Shown: piece by piece, positions 32,484-41,958 of the stretch
How positions within the stretch are numbered: the stretch's first letter is position 1
Layout: each line of letters starts with the position of its first letter
NCBI GenBank assembly: GCA_021809435.1
Contig: JAKBAD010000002.1
Coordinates: 260,042-324,041, forward strand
DNA length: 64,000 bases
Direction of reading: 5' to 3'
Source: Pseudomonadota bacterium
Lineage (GTDB): Bacteria > Pseudomonadota > Alphaproteobacteria > Acetobacterales > Acetobacteraceae
The notes under the pieces: model-generated
What the model saw: the letters and a program-made list of their open reading frames with translations, nothing else
The model's database searches: none
Told to the model about the DNA's origin: nothing
Position numbers and translations under genes: made by a program

Positions 32484-33315
32484 GGCGCGCCCCCTGCCAA
32501 AGCCTGGCCGCGCCATATTCACCCAGCACCAGAACCGTTATGAAAAAACTCACCGGCCACACATGGCCGGGCCACCAGCCATAGCTGTCCCAGGCCAGCG
32601 CGATGCCGCCCCAGCACGCCGCCAGCGCCAGCGCCAGCGCCACCAGCACGGCCAGACTGGGGCTACGGGTCAGGCACAGCGCGGCCGAGGCCGGACCAAT
32701 CAGCAACACCGTCGCCAAAATCGCCCCCAGGCTCATCGCCCCCAGCGTCACGCTCATCGCCAGCAGCACCAGATACAGCGCGCCCAGCCCGCGCACCCGC
32801 AGCCCGGCCACCCGCGCCAGCTCCGGGCTGAGCGAGGCAAACACCAGCCCCCGCCCCGCCATCCCAAACGCCGCCAGCACCAAAACTGCCCCCAGCGTTC
32901 CCATCACCAGCGCCGAGGGGCCGAGCGCGAACAGCGACCCAAACATCACCCCCCCCGCCGCCCCGCCAATATGAGCGCGCGTCTGGTCAAGAAACAGCAA
33001 CAGCGCGGTCAGCCCCAGCCCAGCCCCCAGCACAATGCCGGTGGCCAGCCCCCGGCCCAGCCCGCGCCCCTCCAACCCGGCCAGCGCGAACGCTCCGGCC
33101 AGCGAGAGCACCAAAAACCCCACGCCCGGGCTTACCCCCAGCAACAGCGCCGCCGCGCCCCCCGCCGCCGCGATATCGGCCAGCGCATGCCCGGCAAAAC
33201 CCTGCCCGCGCAGCACCGCCAGCAGCCCCACCGGCGCGCACACACAAGCCGCCCCGGCGCTCACCGCCAGCGCCAGGCGCACGCTCTCGGCATCCAAAAA
33301 CCCCGCCAGACTCAC
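32476..33315 (-). CDS. Metal ABC transporter permease
   Basis: FAGHALADIAAAG, VMFGSLF, VLLIGPASAA. Confidence 0.85.
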   Translation of the reverse strand: MSLAGFLDAESVRLALAVSAGAACVCAPVGLLAVLRGQGFAGHALADIAAAGGAAALLLGVSPGVGFLVLSLAGAFALAGLEGRGLGRGLATGIVLGAGLGLTALLLFLDQTRAHIGGAAGGVMFGSLFALGPSALVMGTLGAVLVLAAFGMAGRGLVFASLSPELARVAGLRVRGLGALYLVLLAMSVTLGAMSLGAILATVLLIGPASAALCLTRSPSLAVLVALALALAACWGGIALAWDSYGWWPGHVWPVSFFITVLVLGEYGAARLWQGARHV

Positions 33316-34088
33316 GGAATCGCCGCCACGTGCGCGCCCTGCGCCGGCTCGCCCGGCGCGCCCGCCACCACCAAAATCCGCCCATGCACCCGGATCACGT
33401 CGATGTGATAGCCATAAAGTTTCGAGAGCACATCGGTCCGCACCACTTCGGCCGGCGCCCCGCTCACCGCATGTCCCGCCGCCAGATAAACCAACCGGTC
33501 AATGGCCGACAGCAACGGGTTCATGTCATGGGCCGAGATCAGCACACTCACCCCCGTCCCGCTCAACCGCTTGAGCAGCTTGATCAGCTCGGCGCCGGCC
33601 CGCAAATCCAAATTGGCCAGCGGCTCGTCGAGCAACAGCAGCTTCGGGCGCCTCATCAGCGCATGCGCGATCACCACCCTGGCCATCTGCCCTCCCGAAA
33701 GCTCGCCCACGCGCTGCTCGGCAAAGCCCAGCCCCTCCACGGCGGCCAGCGCCGCCTCCACCCGCGCCCGCCGCGCTTTTGAGGGCCAGGCAAACCCAAT
33801 CCGCCCGCCATCCTCCCCCAGCGCCACAAAATCGCGCGCGCGCACCGGCCAGTCGGGGTCAAAGCTCAGCTTCTGGGGCACATAGCCCACCGGTCCCGCC
33901 ACCTCCACGCGCCCGCCAGCCAGGCGCTCAAAGCCCAAAATCGCCCGCATCAAGCTGGTCTTGCCCGCGCCATTGGCGCCAATCAGCGCGCAAAACGCCC
34001 CGGGCTCGAGCGCAAAGCTCACATCCTCCAGTACCATTTGCCCCCCACGCGCCACGCGCACATGGTCAAGGCTTAAAATCGCGCTCAC
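33312..34088 (-). CDS. Metal ABC transporter ATP-binding protein
   Basis: GANGAGKT, GYVPQK, LSGGQMARV, LLDEP; GTG start overlaps the SBP stop. Confidence 0.9.
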   Translation of the reverse strand: MSAILSLDHVRVARGGQMVLEDVSFALEPGAFCALIGANGAGKTSLMRAILGFERLAGGRVEVAGPVGYVPQKLSFDPDWPVRARDFVALGEDGGRIGFAWPSKARRARVEAALAAVEGLGFAEQRVGELSGGQMARVVIAHALMRRPKLLLLDEPLANLDLRAGAELIKLLKRLSGTGVSVLISAHDMNPLLSAIDRLVYLAAGHAVSGAPAEVVRTDVLSKLYGYHIDVIRVHGRILVVAGAPGEPAQGAHVAAIP

Positions 34089-34960
34089 TGCCCGCTCGCG
34101 GCCAGCGCCTGGGCCAGCGCATTGGTCTCGCCCATCATCCAATCCTGGTAGCTCTTGGTGGCGCTGGGCATAATCTCGTACACCGCCAGCAGCCGCACGT
34201 CGGAATTCTTGGCCAAAGCCTGAAAATGCTCGGTCAGCGGGTCGGTCACCTGCTGGTTATAGGCCAGCAGCTCCACTTTTCCGCCCGCGATCAGCGCGTC
34301 TTCGGTGTCCACATCCTGGGGCGCGGGGTCGGTGCCGTTCATGATCGCGGCCTGCAAGCTCCAGGGCGTGGCGATATCCAACCCCGCCGCCTGCAACAAA
34401 TCATCGGCCACCGGCTCGGTCACCGCCACCTTCATGCCGCCAAACTCGGTCCTGATCTGCCCAATCAGCGCCAGCCAGGGCTTGAGCGAGGCATCAAACG
34501 CCACCAGCCGCGCCTGGTAATAAGCCGCATGCGCCGGGTCCTTGGCCGCATAAGCCGCGGCCAGCGCCTTGGCCACGGCGGGCATGCAGGCGGGGTCGAA
34601 CCATAAATGCGGGTTGGCGGTGGTGGCGGGCAAGCCCATGGCGGCCTGGGCGCTGATCACCTGCGCCGAAGACCCGGCCAGCATTTGATCGGCCCACCCC
34701 TCATAACCCAGGCCGTTCTCCACCACGATATCGGCGCCCGCCAGCGCCCCGGCCACCTGCGGGCTCACCTCGAATTCATGCGGATCGGTATTCGGATCGG
34801 TCTCGATGGCGCTGACCCGCACATAAGCCCCGCCAATCTGCGCCGCCACATTGGCATATTGCGCCTCAATCCCCACCACCCGCAGCCCCCCGGCCGCGTG
34901 CGCGCGCGCGCCCACCGCGCAAAAGGCCGCCAGCGCCAAACCCATCAGGCCAAACCGCAT
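34085..34960 (-). CDS. Zn/Mn ABC substrate-binding protein (cluster A-I)
   Basis: Signal peptide; DPHEFE, NGLGYE, NPHLWFDP, VTEP. Confidence 0.9.
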   Translation of the reverse strand: MRFGLMGLALAAFCAVGARAHAAGGLRVVGIEAQYANVAAQIGGAYVRVSAIETDPNTDPHEFEVSPQVAGALAGADIVVENGLGYEGWADQMLAGSSAQVISAQAAMGLPATTANPHLWFDPACMPAVAKALAAAYAAKDPAHAAYYQARLVAFDASLKPWLALIGQIRTEFGGMKVAVTEPVADDLLQAAGLDIATPWSLQAAIMNGTDPAPQDVDTEDALIAGGKVELLAYNQQVTDPLTEHFQALAKNSDVRLLAVYEIMPSATKSYQDWMMGETNALAQALAASGQ

Positions 34961-34990
34961 ATCCGCTCCCCACCAGCTGGTTTCAAGCGG

Positions 34991-35007
34991 ATGATATATT
35001 ATAACAT
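34991..35007. promoter_or_regulatory. Zur box
   Basis: ATGATATA-T-TATAACAT, one mismatch to ATGTTATA-N-TATAACAT, 30 bp upstream of the SBP gene. Confidence 0.8.
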
Positions 35008-35030
35008 TGCCTGCCCCGCCAGAGGGCCCG

Positions 35031-35684
35031 CTACCCCGCCAGCGCTTCCAGCGCGGCGCGGCTCACCAGCATAATCTTGCGCGCGACGGGCATGGCAATC
35101 ACCGCCTCGCGCTCCAGCAGGCACAGCGTGCGCGACACGGTCTCAATGGTCATGCCCAGATAATCGGCAATATCCTGGCGCGCCATGGCCAGCTCCAGCT
35201 CGCGCGCGCCCGGCGGGGTGAGCTCGAGCAGAAAATGCGCCATTTTCTGCGGCGCGCTGGCCCGCGCCAACAACCTGGCATGAGCCTGGGCACGGGCCAT
35301 GGCCTCGCTGGCGGTGGCCAGCAGCATCCGCCCGGTCTCCCCATCGCGCAGCGCCTCCGCCTCCAGCACCCGGCGGCGCCAGGGCACCACCACGCAGGCG
35401 GTCACGGCTTCAGCCGAAAACTCGTGCTCCGCCCCCGCCGCCAGGCCAAACACTTCACCCGGGCGGTAAAACCGGTCGATATAGCGCCGCCCCTCGGCCC
35501 CAAAGCCGCAAATACGCACCAGCCCGCTCACCACCCGGTATAAATGGTGAGCCGTCCCGCCCTCGGCGTAAATCTCCTCATCGGCGGCAAACTGCAATTT
35601 CTGCTCAGCATAAGCCGGCCCTGGCGCGCGCGACAGCAATTCCAGGCGCGGACGCGGCGTGGCGATGGCAAAACTCGCGGACAT
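35031..35684 (-). CDS. fixK: Crp/Fnr family regulator, FixK-like
   Basis: PGEVFGL, MARQDIADYLGMTIETVSR; no Fe-S cysteine cluster; RBS GGGAGG. Confidence 0.85.
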   Translation of the reverse strand: MSASFAIATPRPRLELLSRAPGPAYAEQKLQFAADEEIYAEGGTAHHLYRVVSGLVRICGFGAEGRRYIDRFYRPGEVFGLAAGAEHEFSAEAVTACVVVPWRRRVLEAEALRDGETGRMLLATASEAMARAQAHARLLARASAPQKMAHFLLELTPPGARELELAMARQDIADYLGMTIETVSRTLCLLEREAVIAMPVARKIMLVSRAALEALAG

Positions 35685-35762
35685 AACCAGCCTCCCTGTG
35701 TGACCGGCGGGTTCTATCAAACCCCGCGGCGCACCCGGTATTCGGTTTGTCCCTACGTAATT

Positions 35763-36137
35763 TTACGTATCCTCCACCGCCGCCAGCACAGCCTCCACCA
35801 GCGTGTTATCCAGCAGCGGCTTCTCCAGCACCATCGCCATACCGGCCACGCCGGCCCGCGCGCGCAGCACCGGCGTCACCCGCCCGGCCAGCAAAATCGC
35901 CGGGGCGGCGGCATTGCGGGCGCGCAGCAGCCTGAGCAGTTCGCAGCCATCCTGCACGGGCGGATGATCGCCCAGCACCAGGCAGTGGGCGGCGGGCAAT
36001 TCCGGGCAGGCAAGCGCGCTGGTGGCGTCGGCGTGCGCGCACACCTCCAGCCCCTCCAGGCGCAGCACGAAACAAATCGCCTCGCGCACAGCCTCGTCGT
36101 CATTCACGACCACGACCCAAGGCCGCGCCTCCGCCAT
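35763..36137 (-). CDS. Single-domain response regulator (receiver)
   Basis: VNDDEAVR, LVLGDH, LEKP; no output domain. Confidence 0.8.
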   Translation of the reverse strand: MAEARPWVVVVNDDEAVREAICFVLRLEGLEVCAHADATSALACPELPAAHCLVLGDHPPVQDGCELLRLLRARNAAAPAILLAGRVTPVLRARAGVAGMAMVLEKPLLDNTLVEAVLAAVEDT

Positions 36138-36218
36138 TCCCCAAACCCCCGCGCCAAAAGGCCGCGCCTCCGCGCGCCGCCCAGCTTCAGCACATATCAG
36201 AGCCGCGCGAGGGCGGAT

Positions 36219-36232
36219 TTGATCTCGCGCAA
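36219..36232. promoter_or_regulatory. Candidate FixK/FNR box
   Basis: TTGA-TCTCGC-GCAA within the GGATTTG/CAAATCC inverted repeat, about 80 bp upstream of the receiver gene. Confidence 0.5.
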
Positions 36233-36249
36233 ATCCCCAGCACCCGGCG

Positions 36250-36873
36250 TTACAAACCGGCGGGGCGCACCATCAGCACCATGCGCAGCAAATCGGGCAG
36301 GTTGGCGGCGCCCATTTTGGTCATCAGCCCGGCGCGGTAAACCTCCACCGTGCGCGCGCTTATGCCCAAATCATAGGCGATGCTCTTGTTGGGCAGCCCC
36401 GCCAGCAGCCCCTCCAGCACATCGCGCTCGCGGGCGGTCAGCGCCTCCAGCCGGGCTTTCACCGCCGCCGCCACCCCGGCTTCCCGCGCGGCCTCGCTAT
36501 AGCGCGCCAGCGCCCCGCGCACGGCCTCGAGCATAGCCTCGGGCGCGAATGGTTTTTCCAAAAAATCCACCGCCCCGGCCTTCATCGCCTCCACGGCCAG
36601 CTTCACATCGCCATGGCCGGTCATCACAATCACCGGCAGCGCGATTCGCCGTTTCAGCAATTCGCGCTGCAAATCCAGCCCCCCCAAACCTGGCATGCGC
36701 ACATCCGTCACCAGGCAGCCGGGCTGCATGGTCTCCAGCCCGTCCAGAAACGCCACCCCTGAATCAAAGGCCCGCACCGCGAAGCCCTCGGCGCCCAGCA
36801 AAAACGCCAGCGCCGCCCGCACCGCCTCATCGTCATCCACAATATGCACCACCGGGTCGGGCGCGCCGGTCAT
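36250..36873 (-). CDS. fixJ: Response regulator FixJ
   Basis: VHIVDDD, VTDVRMPG, VMTGHGDV, LTARERDVL, GISARTVEVYRA. Confidence 0.93.
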   Translation of the reverse strand: MTGAPDPVVHIVDDDEAVRAALAFLLGAEGFAVRAFDSGVAFLDGLETMQPGCLVTDVRMPGLGGLDLQRELLKRRIALPVIVMTGHGDVKLAVEAMKAGAVDFLEKPFAPEAMLEAVRGALARYSEAAREAGVAAAVKARLEALTARERDVLEGLLAGLPNKSIAYDLGISARTVEVYRAGLMTKMGAANLPDLLRMVLMVRPAGL

Positions 36874-38108
36874 GCTCCGCCTCCGCCGGGCTTGGGGGTG
36901 GCGCGCAGCGTAAAGGCAAACAGCGCGCCCTGCCCGGCCGGGTTGGGCTCAGCCCATAGCCGCCCGCCATGCGCCTCGATAATGCTGCGCGACACCGAAA
37001 GCCCCACGCCCATGCCCTGGCTCTTGGTGCTCACAAACGGCCGAAACAGCTGGGCCTCCACCTCGGGCGCGATCCCCGGCCCCGTATCGGCCACACAGAC
37101 CCGCACCATCTCCTCGGGCCAAGGCCGCGCGGTAATGGTCAGTTCCCGCAACTCCACCTCGCTCATCGCCTCCAGCGCATTGCGGATCAGATTCACCAGC
37201 ACCTGCTGAATCTGAATTTTATCCACCCGCACATAACCGCATTCGGCGTCAAACCCAAAGCGCACCCGCACCCCGGCCTCGCTGCTGCCAATCAGCGCCA
37301 GCGCCCCCGCCTCCTCTATCAGCTTGGGCAGCGGCTCGGCGCGGTGCTCGGTGGCGCCGCGGGTCACGAATTCGCGCAACCGGCGGATGATCTGCCCCGC
37401 CCGCAACGCCTGCTCCCCGGCCCGCTCCACGCCATCCTTCAGCAGCCCGAGCGGCCCGCTCTCGGTGCCATCCAGCCGCTCAAACAACCGCCGGCACCCG
37501 TTCAAATAGGTGGCGACGGCGGTCAACGGCTGGTTCAGCTCATGCGCCAACGTCGAGGCCATCTCCCCCATGGCGGTAAAGCGCGACATATGCGCCAGCT
37601 CGGCCTGCAATTCATGCAGCCTGGCCTGGGTTTCCTGGCGCTCCGTCAAATCGCGCACAAACCCGGTAAAGGCCCGCCGCCCATGCGAGACGGTCTCGCC
37701 AATATGCAGCTCCATCGGAAAGGTCGAACCATCGCGCCGCTGCCCCAGCACCACGCGTGACATGCCCACCACCCGCGTCTGTCCCGTGGCATGGTAGCGG
37801 CCCAAATACCCGTCATGCTGGCTGGCATAAGGCTCTGGCATCAGCCGGCTCACATTCTGCCCCACCATCTCGGCGGCGCTCCACCCAAACAGCCGTTCGG
37901 CGGCCACTGAGAACGCCTCAATCACCCCCTGCCCGTCAATCATGATCATGGCATCGGGCACGCTGGCCATAACCGCGCGCAGCTGCGCCTCGCGCTCGGC
38001 AAGGGCCTGCAACACCCCGCGCATTTCGCGCGCGGCTTTATCGGCCTCGCCCGCCGGCAAAGCACCACCTTCAATATTCCCAGTGCTGGGCACCTTGTCT
38101 TGTCCCAT
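36870..38108 (-). CDS. fixL: Heme-PAS sensor histidine kinase FixL
   Basis: LMPEPYASQHDGYLGRY heme-PAS, AHELNQP, NLIRNA, DTGPG, GMGVGL. Confidence 0.92.
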   Translation of the reverse strand: MGQDKVPSTGNIEGGALPAGEADKAAREMRGVLQALAEREAQLRAVMASVPDAMIMIDGQGVIEAFSVAAERLFGWSAAEMVGQNVSRLMPEPYASQHDGYLGRYHATGQTRVVGMSRVVLGQRRDGSTFPMELHIGETVSHGRRAFTGFVRDLTERQETQARLHELQAELAHMSRFTAMGEMASTLAHELNQPLTAVATYLNGCRRLFERLDGTESGPLGLLKDGVERAGEQALRAGQIIRRLREFVTRGATEHRAEPLPKLIEEAGALALIGSSEAGVRVRFGFDAECGYVRVDKIQIQQVLVNLIRNALEAMSEVELRELTITARPWPEEMVRVCVADTGPGIAPEVEAQLFRPFVSTKSQGMGVGLSVSRSIIEAHGGRLWAEPNPAGQGALFAFTLRATPKPGGGGA

Positions 38109-38206
38109 GCGGTTGGCACTCCACCAAGCGCGGCACACGGCCACGCCCGGCATGGTCAGACTAGACCAATCACCGCCGGTTGCAAATCATTCATCGCCGC
38201 TTCACC

Positions 38207-39178
38207 TCATGCCACGCGCATGGCGTCATGAAAACTCACGCCCCCGGCGGCGGGGGTAATCAGCGTTCCCTTGCGCCCGGCAACGAGATCCTCAAAATCC
38301 TCCACCCGCCCAATTGCCGCCGGCCGACCGGTTTCGCGCACAAATTGCACGGCCGCGGCCAGCTTCGGACGCATCGTGCCCACCGGCAGTTCCTTCACAT
38401 AAGCCGCCATCGCCCGCGGCCCGCCCGAGGCAATCAACCGCTGATCCGGCCCGCCATAATCGGCATAAACCCCGCCCACCCCCGTCAGCAGCACCAGCGC
38501 ATCGGCTTCCAGCCGCGCGGCCAGCAGGGCCGTCGCGGCATCCAAATCCACCACGGCCTCCAAATTCGGATCGAGTTCCCCCGTATCGGTGCGCAACACC
38601 GGCTCACTTTCCAGCCCGCACAGCAGCGTCACCCCGCTCCCGGCCAAACGCCTGATGGCGCCCAGCTCGACAAAATCCATCGGCAGCGGGCGCGGCAGCA
38701 ACCGGCGCCATCCGCCTCCGGCTTCGCGGCGCATATGCCAGCTCAGCGCCGCCATCAAATGCTGGGCCGCGTCTTCGGTAAATGTCGGCCCCACCGGCTC
38801 GCCATGGTGGCGAAAAGCCGGATCGCGCGCCTCCACCACCGGCTGGGCCACCAGCCGGGCCAGCAGCGCGCCCTCGGGCAGGCGGTTGCGCATCGCCAAT
38901 TCCAAATGCTCGCCCAGCCACGCCTCGGTCGCGGTGCGCACCAGATCCAAAATCTGCGCGGCGCTCAACTGGTCATGGGCAGGCGGCGCGATCAACGCGC
39001 CATCCCCCACATGCGCCCCCGCGCCATGCGTGATCACCAGCCGATCCCCCCCCATGACCGCGCGCTTCAGCACGTCGGCCGCCCGCTCCACGGCGCCCTT
39101 CAGCCCGTGCCCGGTCAATATCTCACCTTCCGGCGCCAGCGCGTGGCTACCCAATCCAACCACGATCTGCATGGCCAA
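38207..39178 (-). CDS. Carbamate kinase-like protein with degenerate active site
   Basis: Collinear with ArcC (VITHG, DPAF, GWRR, EAVVD, ADALVLLTGV, MRPK) but several catalytic motifs are substituted. Confidence 0.8.
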   Translation of the reverse strand: MAMQIVVGLGSHALAPEGEILTGHGLKGAVERAADVLKRAVMGGDRLVITHGAGAHVGDGALIAPPAHDQLSAAQILDLVRTATEAWLGEHLELAMRNRLPEGALLARLVAQPVVEARDPAFRHHGEPVGPTFTEDAAQHLMAALSWHMRREAGGGWRRLLPRPLPMDFVELGAIRRLAGSGVTLLCGLESEPVLRTDTGELDPNLEAVVDLDAATALLAARLEADALVLLTGVGGVYADYGGPDQRLIASGGPRAMAAYVKELPVGTMRPKLAAAVQFVRETGRPAAIGRVEDFEDLVAGRKGTLITPAAGGVSFHDAMRVA

Positions 39179-39375
39179 CCCCCTTCAGCCCGCCCGGCCC
39201 ACGCCGAGTCGGGGCGATAGCTCAAGCCACCCTGCCGTGCCTCATAAAGGCCACCCGGCGGCAACTTTTCTCAAGGGGGATTATGCCAATCCAGCAACAT
39301 TGGCAGCCATGATTTTTGTCAAAAATGATACAGGGGCATGTAAATTAAACGTGAGCACCCGCAACAAGCCAGCCC

Positions 39376-40080
39376 TCAGGGCTGCAAAAACGCCAAAAAC
39401 CGCCGTTCTGCCTTACGAAACATAAAAATCAGCGTAAATGACACACATAAATACATCATCGCCGCGAGGCCAAAGGCATCAAAGGCGTTATAAGTCTGCG
39501 AATAGGCGTCATTGGCCACTTTCAAAATATCGGGCACGGTGGCGGTAAAGGCCAAAGTGGTGGCGTGCAGCATCAAAATAATTTCGTTTGAATAAACCGG
39601 CAAAGCCCGGCGCAGCGCGCTCGGAATGATCACCCGCCGGTAGAGGGTGATCTTCGACATGCCAAACGCCAGCGCGGCATCCACCTCGCCATGGTTGGTC
39701 TCCTTGATCGACCCGGCGAAAATCTCGGTGGTATAAGCCCCGGTATTGAGCCCGAAGGACAAGATGGTGCAGTTCAGCCCCTGGCGGAAAAACTCGTTGA
39801 GCGCCTCATTATGCTGCACAAACCCAAACCCATACACACCGGTGTAAATCAGCAGCAGTTGCACATAGAGCGGCGTGCCCCGGAAAATGAAGGTATAGAG
39901 CCAAACCGGAAACCAGATCAGCGGGTTGCGCGCATTGCGGGCAATGGCCAGCGGCAGCGCCAGACAAAACCCAATCCCACAGGCCGAAACCAGCAGCCAG
40001 GCGGTCATCGCGAGGCCGGTGATGTTATAGCCGTCCGTCCACAGAAACGGTTTCCAATATTGCTGCAGAATCTCGATCAC
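39376..40080 (-). CDS. hisM: Polar amino acid ABC permease, HisM-like
   Basis: FRGTPLYVQL, AYTTEIF, ALRRALPVYSNE. Confidence 0.88.
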   Translation of the reverse strand: MIEILQQYWKPFLWTDGYNITGLAMTAWLLVSACGIGFCLALPLAIARNARNPLIWFPVWLYTFIFRGTPLYVQLLLIYTGVYGFGFVQHNEALNEFFRQGLNCTILSFGLNTGAYTTEIFAGSIKETNHGEVDAALAFGMSKITLYRRVIIPSALRRALPVYSNEIILMLHATTLAFTATVPDILKVANDAYSQTYNAFDAFGLAAMMYLCVSFTLIFMFRKAERRFLAFLQP

Positions 40081-40892
40081 AACGCCGCCCTCCGCACACC
40101 CACCGAATATTTACGCTCGAGCAGCAGCAACGCCCCGTTCGAAATCACCGTCAGCACCAGATACACCACGCCCGCCATGGAGATGAAATAAAACGTCCGA
40201 AACGTCGCCTCGCCCGCCGATTGCGCGACCTTGACCACATCGGTCAGCCCGATCAGCGACACCAGCGCGGTGGCCTTCAAAATCACCTGCCAGTTATTGC
40301 CAATGCCGGGCAGCGCGTAGCGCATCATCTGCGGAAACAAAATGCGCCGAAACACCAGCCCCGGCTTCATGCCAAAAGCCCGCGCGGCTTCGAGCTGCCC
40401 CTTATGCACGGCCAAAAACGCGCCCCGGAAGGTCTCGGTGAAATAAGCGCCATAAATAAAACCCAGCGTGATCACGCCGCTGGTGAACGGGTCGAGCGGC
40501 AGGGCATATTCCGGGCCGTTCGGGTCATTGACCCATTGCGTCACATGCGCGGCCAGCCAGGCGCTGGCATTGGCCGAAAACGGCCAGCCGATCGAGGTGC
40601 CGGGCGGGCAGCTCATAATGGTTTGCAGCGTGTTGTTCACCCAGTCGGTGAAATCATTCAGCCAGATCTGCAGCGAGTAGAACAGCAGCAGCATGATCAC
40701 CAGATCCGGCACGCCACGGATGAAGGTGGTATAGAGCGTGGCGCTCCCCTTGAGCAGCCGACTCTTCGAAAGCTTGGCCGAGGCGCCCAGCAGCCCAATG
40801 ACAAACGACACCGCCAACGACGCCAGCGACAGCTCAACCGTGGTCATCGTGCCCTTGAGCAGTTGCGGGCCATACCCTGCCAGATTTAACAT
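40077..40892 (-). CDS. hisQ: Polar amino acid ABC permease, HisQ-like
   Basis: RGVPDLV, GAYFTETFRGA, ALPGIGNNWQV. Confidence 0.88.
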   Translation of the reverse strand: MLNLAGYGPQLLKGTMTTVELSLASLAVSFVIGLLGASAKLSKSRLLKGSATLYTTFIRGVPDLVIMLLLFYSLQIWLNDFTDWVNNTLQTIMSCPPGTSIGWPFSANASAWLAAHVTQWVNDPNGPEYALPLDPFTSGVITLGFIYGAYFTETFRGAFLAVHKGQLEAARAFGMKPGLVFRRILFPQMMRYALPGIGNNWQVILKATALVSLIGLTDVVKVAQSAGEATFRTFYFISMAGVVYLVLTVISNGALLLLERKYSVGVRRAAL

Positions 40893-40917
40893 TTCACTCC
40901 CCGCGCCAAACAAAACA

Positions 40918-40941
40918 CCCCCGGATCAGCCGATCCGGGGG
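40918..40941 (-). terminator. Hairpin between the SBP and permease genes
   Basis: CCCCCGGATC/GATCCGGGGG followed by TGTTTTGTTT on the minus strand. Confidence 0.6.
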
Positions 40942-40955
40942 CAGAGATCAAACCC

Positions 40956-41774
40956 TCAAGGCGCCTGCTTGGCGGCCTCGGCGTTGTAGATGCTGAAGTT
41001 GAAATACTTCGCCTGGATCTTGTTGTACTCACCGTTGGCATGCAGCTTGGCGATCGCCCAGTTGATCTTCTTGAGCAGCGCCGGCTCGTCCTTACGCACG
41101 CCAATGGCGATATAAGAGCCCAGCACGTCCTGCGGATCATAGGTGGCGTTGCCGGCCAGCGCATAATCGGCGCCCTTGGGGGTCTTGAGGAAGCCGTAAT
41201 CAGCCTCCACCGAATCCTGCAGCGAGGCATCCAGACGGCCCGAAAGCAGGTCCGCATAAACCTGATCCTGGCCCTGATACGACACCACCTTCACGCCGTT
41301 CGGCTGCCAATAGGTCTTGGCATAGGTCTCCTGAATGGTGCCGGCCTCAACGCCCACGGTCTTGCCCTTCAGGCTGGCGACCGTCGGCATCAGGCCCGAG
41401 CCCTTCTTGGCGATCAGCGAGGTCGGCTCATCGAACATCTCGGACGAGAAATCGACCACCTTGGCGCGGTCGGGCGTCACCGTCATCGAGGACAGAATGG
41501 CATCGAACTTGCGGGCCTGCAGGGCGGGGATGATGCCGTCGAACGACTGGTTGACGAACACGCACTTCACCTTCAACTCAGCGCAAATCGCGCGGCCGAG
41601 ATCGACATCGAAGCCGACAAACTTACCCGACGGCGAGAGGCTCTCGAAGGGCGGGTAGGTGGCATCCACCCCGAACGTGATCTGTGTCAGCTGCTTGGCC
41701 TGAGCGGCGTGGGGCGCGGCCGCGATGCCAAGCGCACACATGGCGGCGGCACCGAGCGCGAAAATCTTCTTCAT
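40956..41774 (-). CDS. HisJ/ArgT-like Lys/Arg/Orn/His substrate-binding protein
   Basis: DATYPPFE, FDGIIPALQARKFD, GTIQETYA. Confidence 0.9.
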   Translation of the reverse strand: MKKIFALGAAAMCALGIAAAPHAAQAKQLTQITFGVDATYPPFESLSPSGKFVGFDVDLGRAICAELKVKCVFVNQSFDGIIPALQARKFDAILSSMTVTPDRAKVVDFSSEMFDEPTSLIAKKGSGLMPTVASLKGKTVGVEAGTIQETYAKTYWQPNGVKVVSYQGQDQVYADLLSGRLDASLQDSVEADYGFLKTPKGADYALAGNATYDPQDVLGSYIAIGVRKDEPALLKKINWAIAKLHANGEYNKIQAKYFNFSIYNAEAAKQAP

Positions 41775-41911
41775 AAATTATCTCCCATGTTGACATGCCT
41801 GCGGCGCATTGCTCCAGCGCGCGGCATAAATGCCAGCATGGCCTGTTTCATGCCGGCGCGCAACCGGGCAAAACAGATTGTTGCAGTCCGTAACACCGCC
41901 AGCCGCCCAAC

Positions 41912-41937
41912 AAAAAAGCCCCCGCGAAGGGGGCTTT
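41912..41937 (-). terminator. Terminator of the F0 atp operon
   Basis: AAAGCCCCC-gcgaa-GGGGGCTTT with a U-tract on the minus strand. Confidence 0.8.
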
Positions 41938-41958
41938 CTGCATCCAATGTCCAACCCG

